DNA of 64,000 bases, from the NCBI GenBank assembly GCA_964519725.1, contig CAZFKS010000001.1:119270-183269 (forward strand), in the 5' to 3' direction. Positions 50,076 through 58,509 of the stretch are shown piece after piece. The position numbers and the translations under genes are program-made. The notes below the pieces were generated by a model. The model was given only the letters and a program-made list of their open reading frames with translations. It searched no databases and was not told the origin of the DNA. How positions within the stretch are numbered: the stretch's first letter is position 1; every line of letters starts with the position of its first letter. This DNA comes from an uncultured Gammaproteobacteria bacterium. Lineage in GTDB: Bacteria; Patescibacteriota; Patescibacteriia; Magasanikbacterales; UBA922.

Positions 50076-51332
50076 TTAGACCAATCCTCGGGCTTTCATG
50101 CCAGCGTCCACTCGGGTCAAAGCCGACACAAACGCGGCAGTCCGCATATCTACGTTATATTTTTCCTTGGCCGCCCAAACTTCGCCAAAGGCGGTGACCA
50201 TAATTTTGTTTAATTTTTGCATCACCTCTTCATCAGTCCAATAATAATTACTGGTGTTTTGCACTTGTTCAAAATAACTTACGGTCACGCCGCCGCTGTT
50301 GGCCAAAATATCTGGCACTACCACTACATTATTTTTGAACAAGATTTCATCCGCTTCTGGCGTGGTTGGACCGTTAGCTAATTCTACAATCATTTTCGCT
50401 TTAACCCGACCAGCATTTTCCGCAGTGATTTGATTTTCTAAAGCGGCTGGGACCAAAATGTCCACTTCCATTTCCAAAAGCTGTTCATTAGTAATTTCGT
50501 AAAAATTTAACGAATCCTCTGATGCATAGGTAAACAAGCTTCCTTTATTTTCCTTATGCTCACTCAAATACTTTGGATTAAGCGAACCGACTGTAGTTCG
50601 TACACCACCTTGTGAATCTGTCGCAGCCACAATTTTGAAGCCTGCGGCGTGTAAGAGTTCAGCCATATGAGCACCAGCATTACCATATCCTTGAATGGCG
50701 ACTGTGGTTTCACTAGGGGTAAGGCCCATTTTTTTAACTGCCTCAAGGAGCACAAACACACCACCTTGCGCAGTCGCTTTATCGCGTCCACGTGAACCAC
50801 CCAGCGCCAGTGGCTTACCAGTAATCATACCCGGCGCTTTTTCGCCCACTAATTTTTCGTATTCATCCAGCATCCAGCTCATAATCTGGCCATTAGTATA
50901 CACGTCTGGCGCTGGAACATCTTGCGTTGGACCAACATATTTGTACAAAGCGCGAATATACCCACGTGACAATCGTTCTAACTCCCCTTCTGACAATTCT
51001 TTTGGATTAACAATAATTCCACCCTTACCACCACCAAGTGGTAAACCAGCCACTGCACATTTCATAGTCATCCAAAATGACAGTGCTTTAACTTCGTCTT
51101 CAGTTACATTCCAGTGATAGCGAATTCCACCTTTAAATGGTCCCAGCGCATCATTATATTGACTGCGGTAACCAGTAAATACTTTAATTTCACCACTGTC
51201 CATTTTAACGGGAATCGATACGGTAAGGAGCCGTTTTGGCGCTGACAAAATGGCTTTGGTTTCAGTATTTAAATTCATGACTCCAGCCGCTTTTTCCAGC
51301 TGTGCCATGGCGTTTTGAAAAGGATTATTCAT
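50076..51332 (-). CDS. gdhA: Glutamate dehydrogenase (Glu/Leu/Phe/Val family)
   Basis: GPFKGGIRY, GGGKGG, DVPAPD, QGYGNAG, ELANGP, PDILANSGGV. Confidence 0.93.
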   Translation of the reverse strand: MNNPFQNAMAQLEKAAGVMNLNTETKAILSAPKRLLTVSIPVKMDSGEIKVFTGYRSQYNDALGPFKGGIRYHWNVTEDEVKALSFWMTMKCAVAGLPLGGGKGGIIVNPKELSEGELERLSRGYIRALYKYVGPTQDVPAPDVYTNGQIMSWMLDEYEKLVGEKAPGMITGKPLALGGSRGRDKATAQGGVFVLLEAVKKMGLTPSETTVAIQGYGNAGAHMAELLHAAGFKIVAATDSQGGVRTTVGSLNPKYLSEHKENKGSLFTYASEDSLNFYEITNEQLLEMEVDILVPAALENQITAENAGRVKAKMIVELANGPTTPEADEILFKNNVVVVPDILANSGGVTVSYFEQVQNTSNYYWTDEEVMQKLNKIMVTAFGEVWAAKEKYNVDMRTAAFVSALTRVDAGMKARGLV

Positions 51333-51413
51333 ATGTTTTTAATATACAACAAGTGTACTCTCGCCAAAAAAATAGTCAAGGAAAAGTTTACGTGGTACGA
51401 TAAGCCCACCACT

Positions 51414-51644
51414 ATGATAAAAATCTATCGTTTTAAAGTTATTCCCCGTAGTCAAACCAATGAAATTTTGGGTAAACAAATTGACGGCACCATAAAAGTA
51501 AAACTAAAGGCACCGCCCGTGGACGGCGCAGCTAACGAGGCACTGATTGACTTGCTGTCAGAAGAGTGGGATATTCCTAAAAACAAAATAAAAATTAAAA
51601 GCGGCCATACTGGCCGCTTAAAAATAATTACCATTGAAGATTAG
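51414..51644 (+). CDS. DUF167/YggU family protein
   Basis: KVIPRS..KVKLKAPPVDGAANEALI..I.SGHTGR.K; start refined to ATG 51414. Confidence 0.88.
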   Translation: MIKIYRFKVIPRSQTNEILGKQIDGTIKVKLKAPPVDGAANEALIDLLSEEWDIPKNKIKIKSGHTGRLKIITIED

Positions 51645-51964
51645 AGGTGTTTTTCTACACCAGCGCGCAATTTTTCTTTAGGCATGCCACCGACCATAGT
51701 TTCAACGGCTTGGCCATTTTTAAATACAATAAAGGTTGGAATACTCATTACGCGATAATTACCAGGGACAGTAGTATTTTCATCAACGTTCATTTTGACT
51801 ACTTTAATTTTACTCATGTCCCACTCGCCAACCAATTCTTCGAGCAGTGGATTCATCATTTGGCAAGGACCACACCATGGTGCCCAAAAATCTACCAAAA
51901 CTGGCACTGAAGAATTTAAAACTTCTGCTTGAAAATTTGCGTCAGTGACGATTTGTTCAGCCAT
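51641..51964 (-). CDS. trxA: Thioredoxin
   Basis: VDFWAPWCGPC, SIPT. Confidence 0.97.
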   Translation of the reverse strand: MAEQIVTDANFQAEVLNSSVPVLVDFWAPWCGPCQMMNPLLEELVGEWDMSKIKVVKMNVDENTTVPGNYRVMSIPTFIVFKNGQAVETMVGGMPKEKLRAGVEKHL

Positions 51965-51978
51965 ATGATATAAAATTA

Positions 51979-54009
51979 TTATTTAACAAATTCAATTTTG
52001 CGAACCCGAATTTCTTCGTGGAAAATCTCCAATTTATCGCCCACTTCAATTTTTTCTTTAGTGCCAATTTGCACCCCGCACTCAGTACCCTCAAAAGCAT
52101 CCTTGACTTCTTGTTGACCAATTTTTACGGCCATGACTGTGCCAGTAGCAATGAGGAGTCCATCCCGTTTAATACGTACTGACTCACCTTTCAAAACTTT
52201 TCCGTTGGTAACTACACCACCAATAATGGTTGATTGTTTATCTTTGCGGAACAGCGCCAGCACGTTCATGTTACCCAACTCAGTAATAATATGTTCTTTG
52301 GTGAGCATTTTTTCGAGCTCCACTTTTACCCAATCAATTAAATCGTAAATCACTGAGTAATTAGTGAAGGTAATATTTTTATTGCGGAGCATTTGGTCAG
52401 CCAAAGGGGTTGGACGCACGTTAAAGCCAATTACTGTCGCACCACCAGTTTCTGCCTTACTAACATCATTTTCGGTAATGTTTCCCAGACCCTTACCGAT
52501 TACTTTTACCCCAACTTCTTCATGTTTAATTTTGGCCAGTGAAGCAATGATTGCTTCCAGTGAACCAAGTACGTCAGTTTTAATCACCAAATTCAAAGTC
52601 TTTTTCGCAGTTTCGTCCTCCATGGTTTGACCTTCAATCAGCGTGGTGCGTTCAGCTCCAGTTTGTTCAGAGCGTTTTTGCTTCACGTCAATTTCTGTGG
52701 CCGTATCAGCGCGGCTAACATCTAGAACATCACCGATTTCTGGTGCGACTTTAAAACCAATAATTTGCACTGGCATTGATGGCGAAGCTGCTTCAATTAA
52801 TTCGCCACGGTAATTTTTCATGGCGCGTACTTTACCGTAAATTTCATTATTTACCACGAGCTTGTCATTATTGTGCAAAGTTCCAGACTGCACCAAAACC
52901 GTTGCCACTGGCCCCATGCCTTTATTAACGTGTGATTCAATAATGGTCCCAACGGCTGGTAAATCTGGATCAGCTTTAATTTTATCCTCATTAACATCAG
53001 CGAGTAACAAAAGTACATCGAGTAATTTATCAATATTAACATTATTTTTGGCGGAAATTCCTACCACTGGCACATCGCCGCCCCATTCTTCTGGAATAAT
53101 TCCACGTTGTGACAAATCATTTTTTACGCGGTCTAAATCAGCGGCTTCTTTATCAATTTTGTTGATCGCGACCACAAATGGCAATTTAGCCGCGCGAATA
53201 ATATTAATCGCTTCTTCAGTTTGCGGTTTAACACTGTCATCAGCCGCCACCACCAAAATCGCCATGTCAGCGACTTTAGCACCACGACTGCGCATCATGG
53301 AAAAAGCTTCGTGACCCGGAGTATCAATGAAAGAAATAGCACGCTGCGCTTTAGTTTTTGGATCAGTCCAAACAGTTTGGTACGCGCCAATGTGCTGAGT
53401 AATTCCACCCGCTTCTTTGGCCACAACATTGGCCGAACGAATGGTGTCGAGCAATTTTGTTTTACCATGGTCAACGTGACCCATCACTACCACTACTGGC
53501 GGACGAGTAACACCTTCACCACGTGCCAAAGCTTCTTCCAAATTTTGCACGCGGCTCGCTTCTTTGGCCACATCGGCTTGACTAGCTTCACCACCTTCAC
53601 GAGTCACACCAAAACCAAGTTCTTCAGCAATAATTCCAGCCGTATCAAAGTCAATGTTCTGATTTTGGTTGGCCAAAATTCCATTTTTCATCAGTTCCAT
53701 GATCACCTGTGTGGTCGGCAATTTCATGCGTTCAGCAAAATCGCGCACGGTAATAAGTGCTGGCAAGGTAACAGTTTGACCAGATTCTTTACGGAGAGCA
53801 CGTTCTTTTTTCTTGGCTTCCTCTTGTTCCCGTGCTTTCTTTTCTTCTAAATCACGTCGAATAAAGCGCCACTTGCGGGTAATCTGTTCGGCCACCCGAT
53901 CATCAATTTTTACCGCCTTAGCACCCACGTCAAAACCATAGGCAGGTAAAACTTCCAATAAATCCTTGGTATTGATCCGGAGTTGGCGGGCTAGTTCAGA
54001 GACATTCAT
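51979..54009 (-). CDS. infB: Translation initiation factor IF-2
   Basis: RPPVVVVMGHVDHGKT, EAGGITQHIGA, DTPGHEAF, GTECG. Confidence 0.97.
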   Translation of the reverse strand: MNVSELARQLRINTKDLLEVLPAYGFDVGAKAVKIDDRVAEQITRKWRFIRRDLEEKKAREQEEAKKKERALRKESGQTVTLPALITVRDFAERMKLPTTQVIMELMKNGILANQNQNIDFDTAGIIAEELGFGVTREGGEASQADVAKEASRVQNLEEALARGEGVTRPPVVVVMGHVDHGKTKLLDTIRSANVVAKEAGGITQHIGAYQTVWTDPKTKAQRAISFIDTPGHEAFSMMRSRGAKVADMAILVVAADDSVKPQTEEAINIIRAAKLPFVVAINKIDKEAADLDRVKNDLSQRGIIPEEWGGDVPVVGISAKNNVNIDKLLDVLLLLADVNEDKIKADPDLPAVGTIIESHVNKGMGPVATVLVQSGTLHNNDKLVVNNEIYGKVRAMKNYRGELIEAASPSMPVQIIGFKVAPEIGDVLDVSRADTATEIDVKQKRSEQTGAERTTLIEGQTMEDETAKKTLNLVIKTDVLGSLEAIIASLAKIKHEEVGVKVIGKGLGNITENDVSKAETGGATVIGFNVRPTPLADQMLRNKNITFTNYSVIYDLIDWVKVELEKMLTKEHIITELGNMNVLALFRKDKQSTIIGGVVTNGKVLKGESVRIKRDGLLIATGTVMAVKIGQQEVKDAFEGTECGVQIGTKEKIEVGDKLEIFHEEIRVRKIEFVK

Positions 54010-54056
54010 AGTGAGCGCACTATACGCGATTTAGAGTAATTAGTCAATTAAATCAG

Positions 54057-54080
54057 AAAAACCCCAAGCCAGGGGTTTTT
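54057..54080. terminator. Intrinsic terminator after ppa
   Basis: AAAAACCCC-aagcca-GGGGTTTTT. Confidence 0.72.
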
Positions 54081-54095
54081 CTAGAAAAAAGCTTT

Positions 54096-54626
54096 TTATT
54101 TAGCGAATTTCTCAGCGTAGAGCTGCTGAGAACGAGAAACAGCGGCTTTGGCGTCGGACACGCCTTTAAAACCACCCACAGTTACCACTTTCTCTTGAAT
54201 AACTTTGTAAGTTTCAAAAAAGTGTTTAATCACTTTTAGAGTGTGCGGATTAACGTCATCCAAGTCTTTAACCTCTTTCCAACGTGGGTCAGATACTGGC
54301 ACGGCAATAATTTTGTCATCAGCGTCACCACTATCAATCATATTCATAATGGCCACTGGACGGACATTAACCAAAATACCAACTGGTAGTGGCTCGGTTG
54401 TCAGTACAATCACATCGAGAGCATCACCATCATCCCACAAAGTTTGTGGCACAAATCCATAGTCAAATGGATAAGTTTGACCAGAATGCATGACGCGATC
54501 CAAGGCAATTAAACCAGTTTCTTTGTCAATTTCGTATTTATTTAAAGAATTGCGAGGAATTTCAATAATGGTATTTAATTCATCCGGGACATTTTTGCCC
54601 GCGGAAACATCGTGCCAAAGGTTCAT
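54096..54626 (-). CDS. ppa: Inorganic pyrophosphatase (family I)
   Basis: IEIP...KYE.DK, YGFVPQT..DDGDALD, DDKIIAV, FFETYK. Confidence 0.96.
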   Translation of the reverse strand: MNLWHDVSAGKNVPDELNTIIEIPRNSLNKYEIDKETGLIALDRVMHSGQTYPFDYGFVPQTLWDDGDALDVIVLTTEPLPVGILVNVRPVAIMNMIDSGDADDKIIAVPVSDPRWKEVKDLDDVNPHTLKVIKHFFETYKVIQEKVVTVGGFKGVSDAKAAVSRSQQLYAEKFAK

Positions 54627-54690
54627 AAATAATAGTTATTAATGCCCTTAAACTATCAGGTTTAGTAGGAAAATGCAAGTACTATTCAAT

Positions 54691-54719
54691 TTGACACCAA
54701 CCTCTTAATATGCTATTCT
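54691..54719 (+). promoter_or_regulatory. Sigma70 promoter pointing into the 3' end of ORF 54777-55190
   Basis: TTGACA-17-TATTCT with an extended -10 TG. Confidence 0.6.
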
Positions 54720-54724
54720 TCTGA

Positions 54725-54778
54725 ATAAGAAAGACCTCGGCCGTGGCTTAAACCCCACACTTAGCGGAGGGCTTTTTT
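54725..54778 (+). ncRNA. Candidate small RNA convergent with ORF 54777-55190
   Basis: Promoter plus interrupted stem AAAG.CCTC/GAGG.CTTT enclosing a GTGG/CCAC hairpin, ending in a T6 run; no ORF. Confidence 0.45.
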
Positions 54779-55190
54779 ATTTTTCAGGAAAAATAGAAAC
54801 TAACCATTTTTCTCGATTTTTTAACTCTTCCTTGATTTGTACAAAGAAAACATCACCCTTCTTACTTTTACCAGTAAACCGATAGAGCGTTTCTGAAGTA
54901 TTGCTAGACTTTACCTGGATAACAGGCTTCACCATACTTTTTTCAATCAAATCAATACCGCAAGCGAAAAATCGCACCCGTCTAATCCGGTCACGCCAGT
55001 TTGGCTTACCAAATAAATGATTCCAAAATAAAGGTAGAAATATTTTTTCCTTATTAAAATATTGCGACCGCACATATGGTCGCCTTTTAGTTCGCTTTCT
55101 AATTATATTGTAGTGAGTTAAAGCCTGTTTGTGCACTTCTTTAAAAGAAGAACCGCCAAAAGGCTTTACCTTGGTGTAGTAAAAAGACAT
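54777..55190 (-). CDS. Basic hypothetical protein, possibly a RelE/BECR-fold RNase
   Basis: 137 aa, K/R-rich, HL..K...DR.RR, C-terminal beta-meander ending WLVSIFP; own TTGACT-17-TAAAAT promoter and AGGGAGG SD; fold is inferred. Confidence 0.6.
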   Translation of the reverse strand: MSFYYTKVKPFGGSSFKEVHKQALTHYNIIRKRTKRRPYVRSQYFNKEKIFLPLFWNHLFGKPNWRDRIRRVRFFACGIDLIEKSMVKPVIQVKSSNTSETLYRFTGKSKKGDVFFVQIKEELKNREKWLVSIFPEK

Positions 55191-55247
55191 ATCCCTCCCT
55201 GAAGAATTATCTTGATACCCTTATTTTACCGCAAAATCAACACAAAG

Positions 55248-56123
55248 TCAATCTTCTTTCTTTCCCAAAATCACATAACCCTGCGACTCAATCACACGGC
55301 CAAGAGTGTACATTTCCAGCAAACAATAAAATTCTGCTACTGCGAGTGAATATGGTTTGGTTTTCAATTTTAATTGGTATAACCAGCGATTTAAAGTGCG
55401 CAAAATTTTAAACCGCGGCGCAGTTTTTTGTAAAACTGGATAGAGCTCGTCCGGATGCACTAAAAATTTTGCCCAGACCGCCGAATACATTCTTTTCACT
55501 GTAAAACCCGCGCCCTCAAGTAGGGCTCGCAACTCTTTTTTGGAATACAAAGAAATGTGATACTCAGCGTGCGGATCCAAATTCACACCACGGCGCTGCA
55601 AATAATTACGGATAAATGCGTGCTTCCCCAATTTTGACTCACTAAACATGGCCAGTCTACCTCCTGGTTTTAGGACCCGATTTAATTCCTTGAGCCAGGC
55701 CGGAACATTGGCTACATGACCAAGCACATCAGAGGTATGAATCGCATCAAAATAATTATCTGGAAATGGTAAATGAATCCCATCGTAAAGCTCCACGTAC
55801 GCATCCACTCCATACTCTTTGAACCGTTCAGTCGCAATATCAACCTCAAGCTGAACCACGTCTAAACCTACGGCTTCCTGAATTTTTGGGAACAAACTTT
55901 TAAGCTCAATTAGTGCCGACCCAGTCCCAGCCCCAGCATCCAAAACCCTGGCCCCTTTGGGTAGGCTGCTTTTCATATATCGATACAGGGAAAACTTTTT
56001 TGGGTAAAAAAGCAGTTTAACCCAGGATTTTAGGCCGGGCCGGGTCACGGCTGGCCGGGCATCCCAGACCTCTGCCCCCTCACTATCCTTGATCCCCCAC
56101 CCCTTTGTTTGACTCATTTCCAT
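55248..56123 (-). CDS. Class I SAM-dependent methyltransferase
   Basis: VLDAGAGTG, LPFPDNYFD, VLGHV, RVLKPGG. Confidence 0.9.
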   Translation of the reverse strand: MEMSQTKGWGIKDSEGAEVWDARPAVTRPGLKSWVKLLFYPKKFSLYRYMKSSLPKGARVLDAGAGTGSALIELKSLFPKIQEAVGLDVVQLEVDIATERFKEYGVDAYVELYDGIHLPFPDNYFDAIHTSDVLGHVANVPAWLKELNRVLKPGGRLAMFSESKLGKHAFIRNYLQRRGVNLDPHAEYHISLYSKKELRALLEGAGFTVKRMYSAVWAKFLVHPDELYPVLQKTAPRFKILRTLNRWLYQLKLKTKPYSLAVAEFYCLLEMYTLGRVIESQGYVILGKKED

Positions 56124-56126
56124 AGA

Positions 56127-56155
56127 TTGACATTTTAAGACATTTCTAGTATACT
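56127..56155 (+). promoter_or_regulatory. Sigma70 promoter for the 6S-like RNA/rny unit
   Basis: TTGACA-17-TATACT. Confidence 0.75.
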
Positions 56156-56161
56156 CTAACT

Positions 56162-56345
56162 GTAAATATTTTAAATCATTGGCAGAACTTTCTGGTACTG
56201 ATAGCCAGCGAATTGATTGACTTTGGCTGAATCATGCGATTTTTCTTGACTTTCCGCAAATCGCTTAGAGCGTCTTTCACCTCTACTTAAGACCAAGAGA
56301 GCTTTTTCGCTTGTCTAGTGCCAGGACTGCCGTATTCCTGTTTTT
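56162..56345 (+). ncRNA. ssrS: Probable 6S RNA
   Basis: About 180-nt non-coding leader folding as a rod: GGCAG/CTGCC, TTCTGGTACT/AGTGCCAGGA, AGCGAA/TTCGCT, TTGG/CCAA, central bubble, GCGATTT/AAATCGC; directly upstream of rny. Confidence 0.62.
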
Positions 56346-57872
56346 ATGTCTATTGTATTAATCCTCAGTCTCCTCATTGGCGGGGCACTGGTGGGCGTCC
56401 TCATCGGTTATTTGGTGAGACAACAAATTGCCCAATCAAAAGCCAATTCAGCCGAAGTGCGGGCGGAAAAAATCTTAGCCGAAGCCAAAAATAAAGAACA
56501 AGAAGTTCTGCTTCAAGCCAAGGAAAAAGCCATCAAAGTCATTGATGATGCCAAAAAAGAAGAAGAAACCCGGCGTCAAGAACTCAAGCAAATTCAACAG
56601 CGTTTAGAACAACGCGAAACTTTGTTTGACCAAAAATTAATGGATTTTGAAGAAAACAAAATTAAACTCGAACAAAAAGTGGAAGAAGTTAAACAAGTTA
56701 AACAAAAAATTGAAGAGATCAAAGCTGAAGCCGTTAAAAAACTGGAAACTATTTCTGGTTATTCAAAAGACCAGGCTGTTGAAGAAATTTTTAAACGCGT
56801 GGAACAAGACAGTAAGGCTGACCTGTTTACCCGGATTGGTAAATTAGAAAAAGACAATGGTGAACAGTTTGAAAATGAAGCCAAACGCATTGTCATTGAC
56901 TCAATGCAGCGCTGTGCCGCTAACCACGCCAATGAAAATACCGGTACGATTGTTAACTTACCAAGTGATGAAATGAAGGGCCGGATTATTGGTAAAGATG
57001 GCCGCAATATTAAAACAATTGAAAAATTAACTGGCTGTGAGGTGTTAATTGATGATACCCCTGACATGCTCGTGGTATCTGGTTTTTCATTAATTCGCCG
57101 CCGCGTCGCGCAACTGGCCATTGAAAAATTAATTAAAGATGGCCGCATTCAACCAGCCAAAATTGAAGAGTATGTAGAAATGGCCAAAAAAGAATTGGCC
57201 GTGGACATTAAAAAAGCTGGTGATGAAGCCGTGTATGAAATGGGTATTACCGGCCTTGATCCAAAATTAATTTCAATTATTGGTCGCCTCAAATACCGCA
57301 CTTCATATGGTCAAAACGTTTTGAACCACTGTACTGAGGTTGGTTATTTGGCTGGCATGATTGCCGAAGAACTTGGCATGGATCGCGCCGCAGCCCGTAA
57401 AGCTGGTTTTTTTCATGACATTGGTAAATCAATTGACCACGAAACTCAGGGTGCCCACACTGAGTTAGGTTACAAAATCCTCAAAAAATTTGGTCTTGAT
57501 GAAGACACAGCCCAAGCCGCACTCACCCACCACGATACTAATCCCCCATTACTTTTGACTAAGATCGTAATGGCGGCTGATGCGATTTCTGCCTCACGCA
57601 TTGGTGCGCGCCGCGACACTCACGAAGAATACATTGCTCGTTTGGAAGAATTAGAAAAAGTAGCGAGTGATTTCCCAGGGATTGATAAAGTGTACGCCAT
57701 TCAAGCTGGCCGCGAAGTTCGTGTTTTTGTTCGCCCAGATGAAATTGATGATTACGGCGCTTATAACTTGGCCAAAGACATTGCTCGCAAAATTGAACAA
57801 GAACTTACTTACCCAGGTGAAATTAAGGTCAACGTGATCCGTGAAAACCGGGTCATTGAATACGCCAAATAA
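56346..57872 (+). CDS. rny: Ribonuclease Y
   Basis: N-terminal TM helix, coiled coil, KH domain (KGRIIGKDGRNI), HD domain (RTSYGQN, HDIGK), YAIQAGREVRV. Confidence 0.97.
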   Translation: MSIVLILSLLIGGALVGVLIGYLVRQQIAQSKANSAEVRAEKILAEAKNKEQEVLLQAKEKAIKVIDDAKKEEETRRQELKQIQQRLEQRETLFDQKLMDFEENKIKLEQKVEEVKQVKQKIEEIKAEAVKKLETISGYSKDQAVEEIFKRVEQDSKADLFTRIGKLEKDNGEQFENEAKRIVIDSMQRCAANHANENTGTIVNLPSDEMKGRIIGKDGRNIKTIEKLTGCEVLIDDTPDMLVVSGFSLIRRRVAQLAIEKLIKDGRIQPAKIEEYVEMAKKELAVDIKKAGDEAVYEMGITGLDPKLISIIGRLKYRTSYGQNVLNHCTEVGYLAGMIAEELGMDRAAARKAGFFHDIGKSIDHETQGAHTELGYKILKKFGLDEDTAQAALTHHDTNPPLLLTKIVMAADAISASRIGARRDTHEEYIARLEELEKVASDFPGIDKVYAIQAGREVRVFVRPDEIDDYGAYNLAKDIARKIEQELTYPGEIKVNVIRENRVIEYAK

Positions 57873-57939
57873 AGGCTCTATTGACACAAAATTAGCCTTG
57901 AGGTATACTCCGGGATGTAAATCTTTTTTCTAAACTGTT

Positions 57940-58242
57940 ATGAATAAAGCCATGCTGGCCGAACAAATCGCTCACAAGGTCGGTGTTTCTAAAAAAGAAG
58001 CTGAGGCTATGCTTGAAGCTTTAGTTGACATCACCATCAGTGAACTTAAAGCTAATAATGAAGTGACCATTTCTGGTTTTGGTGCGTTCAGTGCTAAAAC
58101 TCGCGCTGGTCGTGTTGGTGTGAATCCACAGAACCCAACTGAAAAAATTCAAATTCCACCAGTGACTGTACCAAAATTCAAAGCTGGTAAAAGTTTGAAA
58201 GATGCACTCAAAAGTAAAAGTGAAGTAAAACCACAAGCTTAA
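57940..58242 (+). CDS. hup: HU family DNA-binding protein
   Basis: MNKA.L...GFGAF...R.GVNPQ...VPKFKAGK.LKD; TTGACA-17-TATACT upstream. Confidence 0.95.
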   Translation: MNKAMLAEQIAHKVGVSKKEAEAMLEALVDITISELKANNEVTISGFGAFSAKTRAGRVGVNPQNPTEKIQIPPVTVPKFKAGKSLKDALKSKSEVKPQA

Positions 58243-58255
58243 AAATTTCTTCAAT

Positions 58256-58284
58256 AAAAAATCCGGCTTAATGCCGGATTTTTT
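58256..58284. terminator. Bidirectional terminator between hup and the tRNA pair
   Basis: AAAAAATCCGGC-ttaat-GCCGGATTTTTT. Confidence 0.85.
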
Positions 58285-58285
58285 G

Positions 58286-58360
58286 TGTCAGAGGGGAGAG
58301 TCGAACTCCCGACCTGAGGGTTATGAATCCTCCGCTCTTACCAGACTGAGCTACTCTGAC
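58286..58360 (-). tRNA. tRNA with CAT anticodon (elongator Met or Ile2; not initiator-like)
   Basis: GTCAGAG/CTCTGAC acceptor stem, loop TTCATAA, GTTCGACTC T-arm; CCA not encoded. Confidence 0.9.
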
Positions 58361-58375
58361 ATATGAGCAACCTCG

Positions 58376-58447
58376 TAGCGCCAAGGAGAATTGAACTCCT
58401 GTTTGGTGGATGAGAACCACCTGTCCTAGCCACTAGACGATGACGCC
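58376..58447 (-). tRNA. tRNA-Glu(CTC)
   Basis: GGCGTCA/TGGCGCT acceptor stem, GGTGG-TTCTCAT-CCACC anticodon arm, GTTCAATTC T-arm; TTGACT-17-TATAAT upstream. Confidence 0.9.
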
Positions 58448-58509
58448 CTAGTAATGGACAAAATTATACGCAAAACCCAAGAAAAAGTCAATCCACCAGG
58501 CAAACAAGC

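Noticed and set aside
53221-53850. 209-aa plus-strand ORF and the many similar 60-190-aa antisense ORFs
   Set aside because: Antisense to well-supported genes such as infB, atp, leuS and hsdR, with no protein-like motifs
58286-58447. tRNA genes as an integration site
   Set aside because: No integrase and no duplicated tRNA 3' end seen in the window
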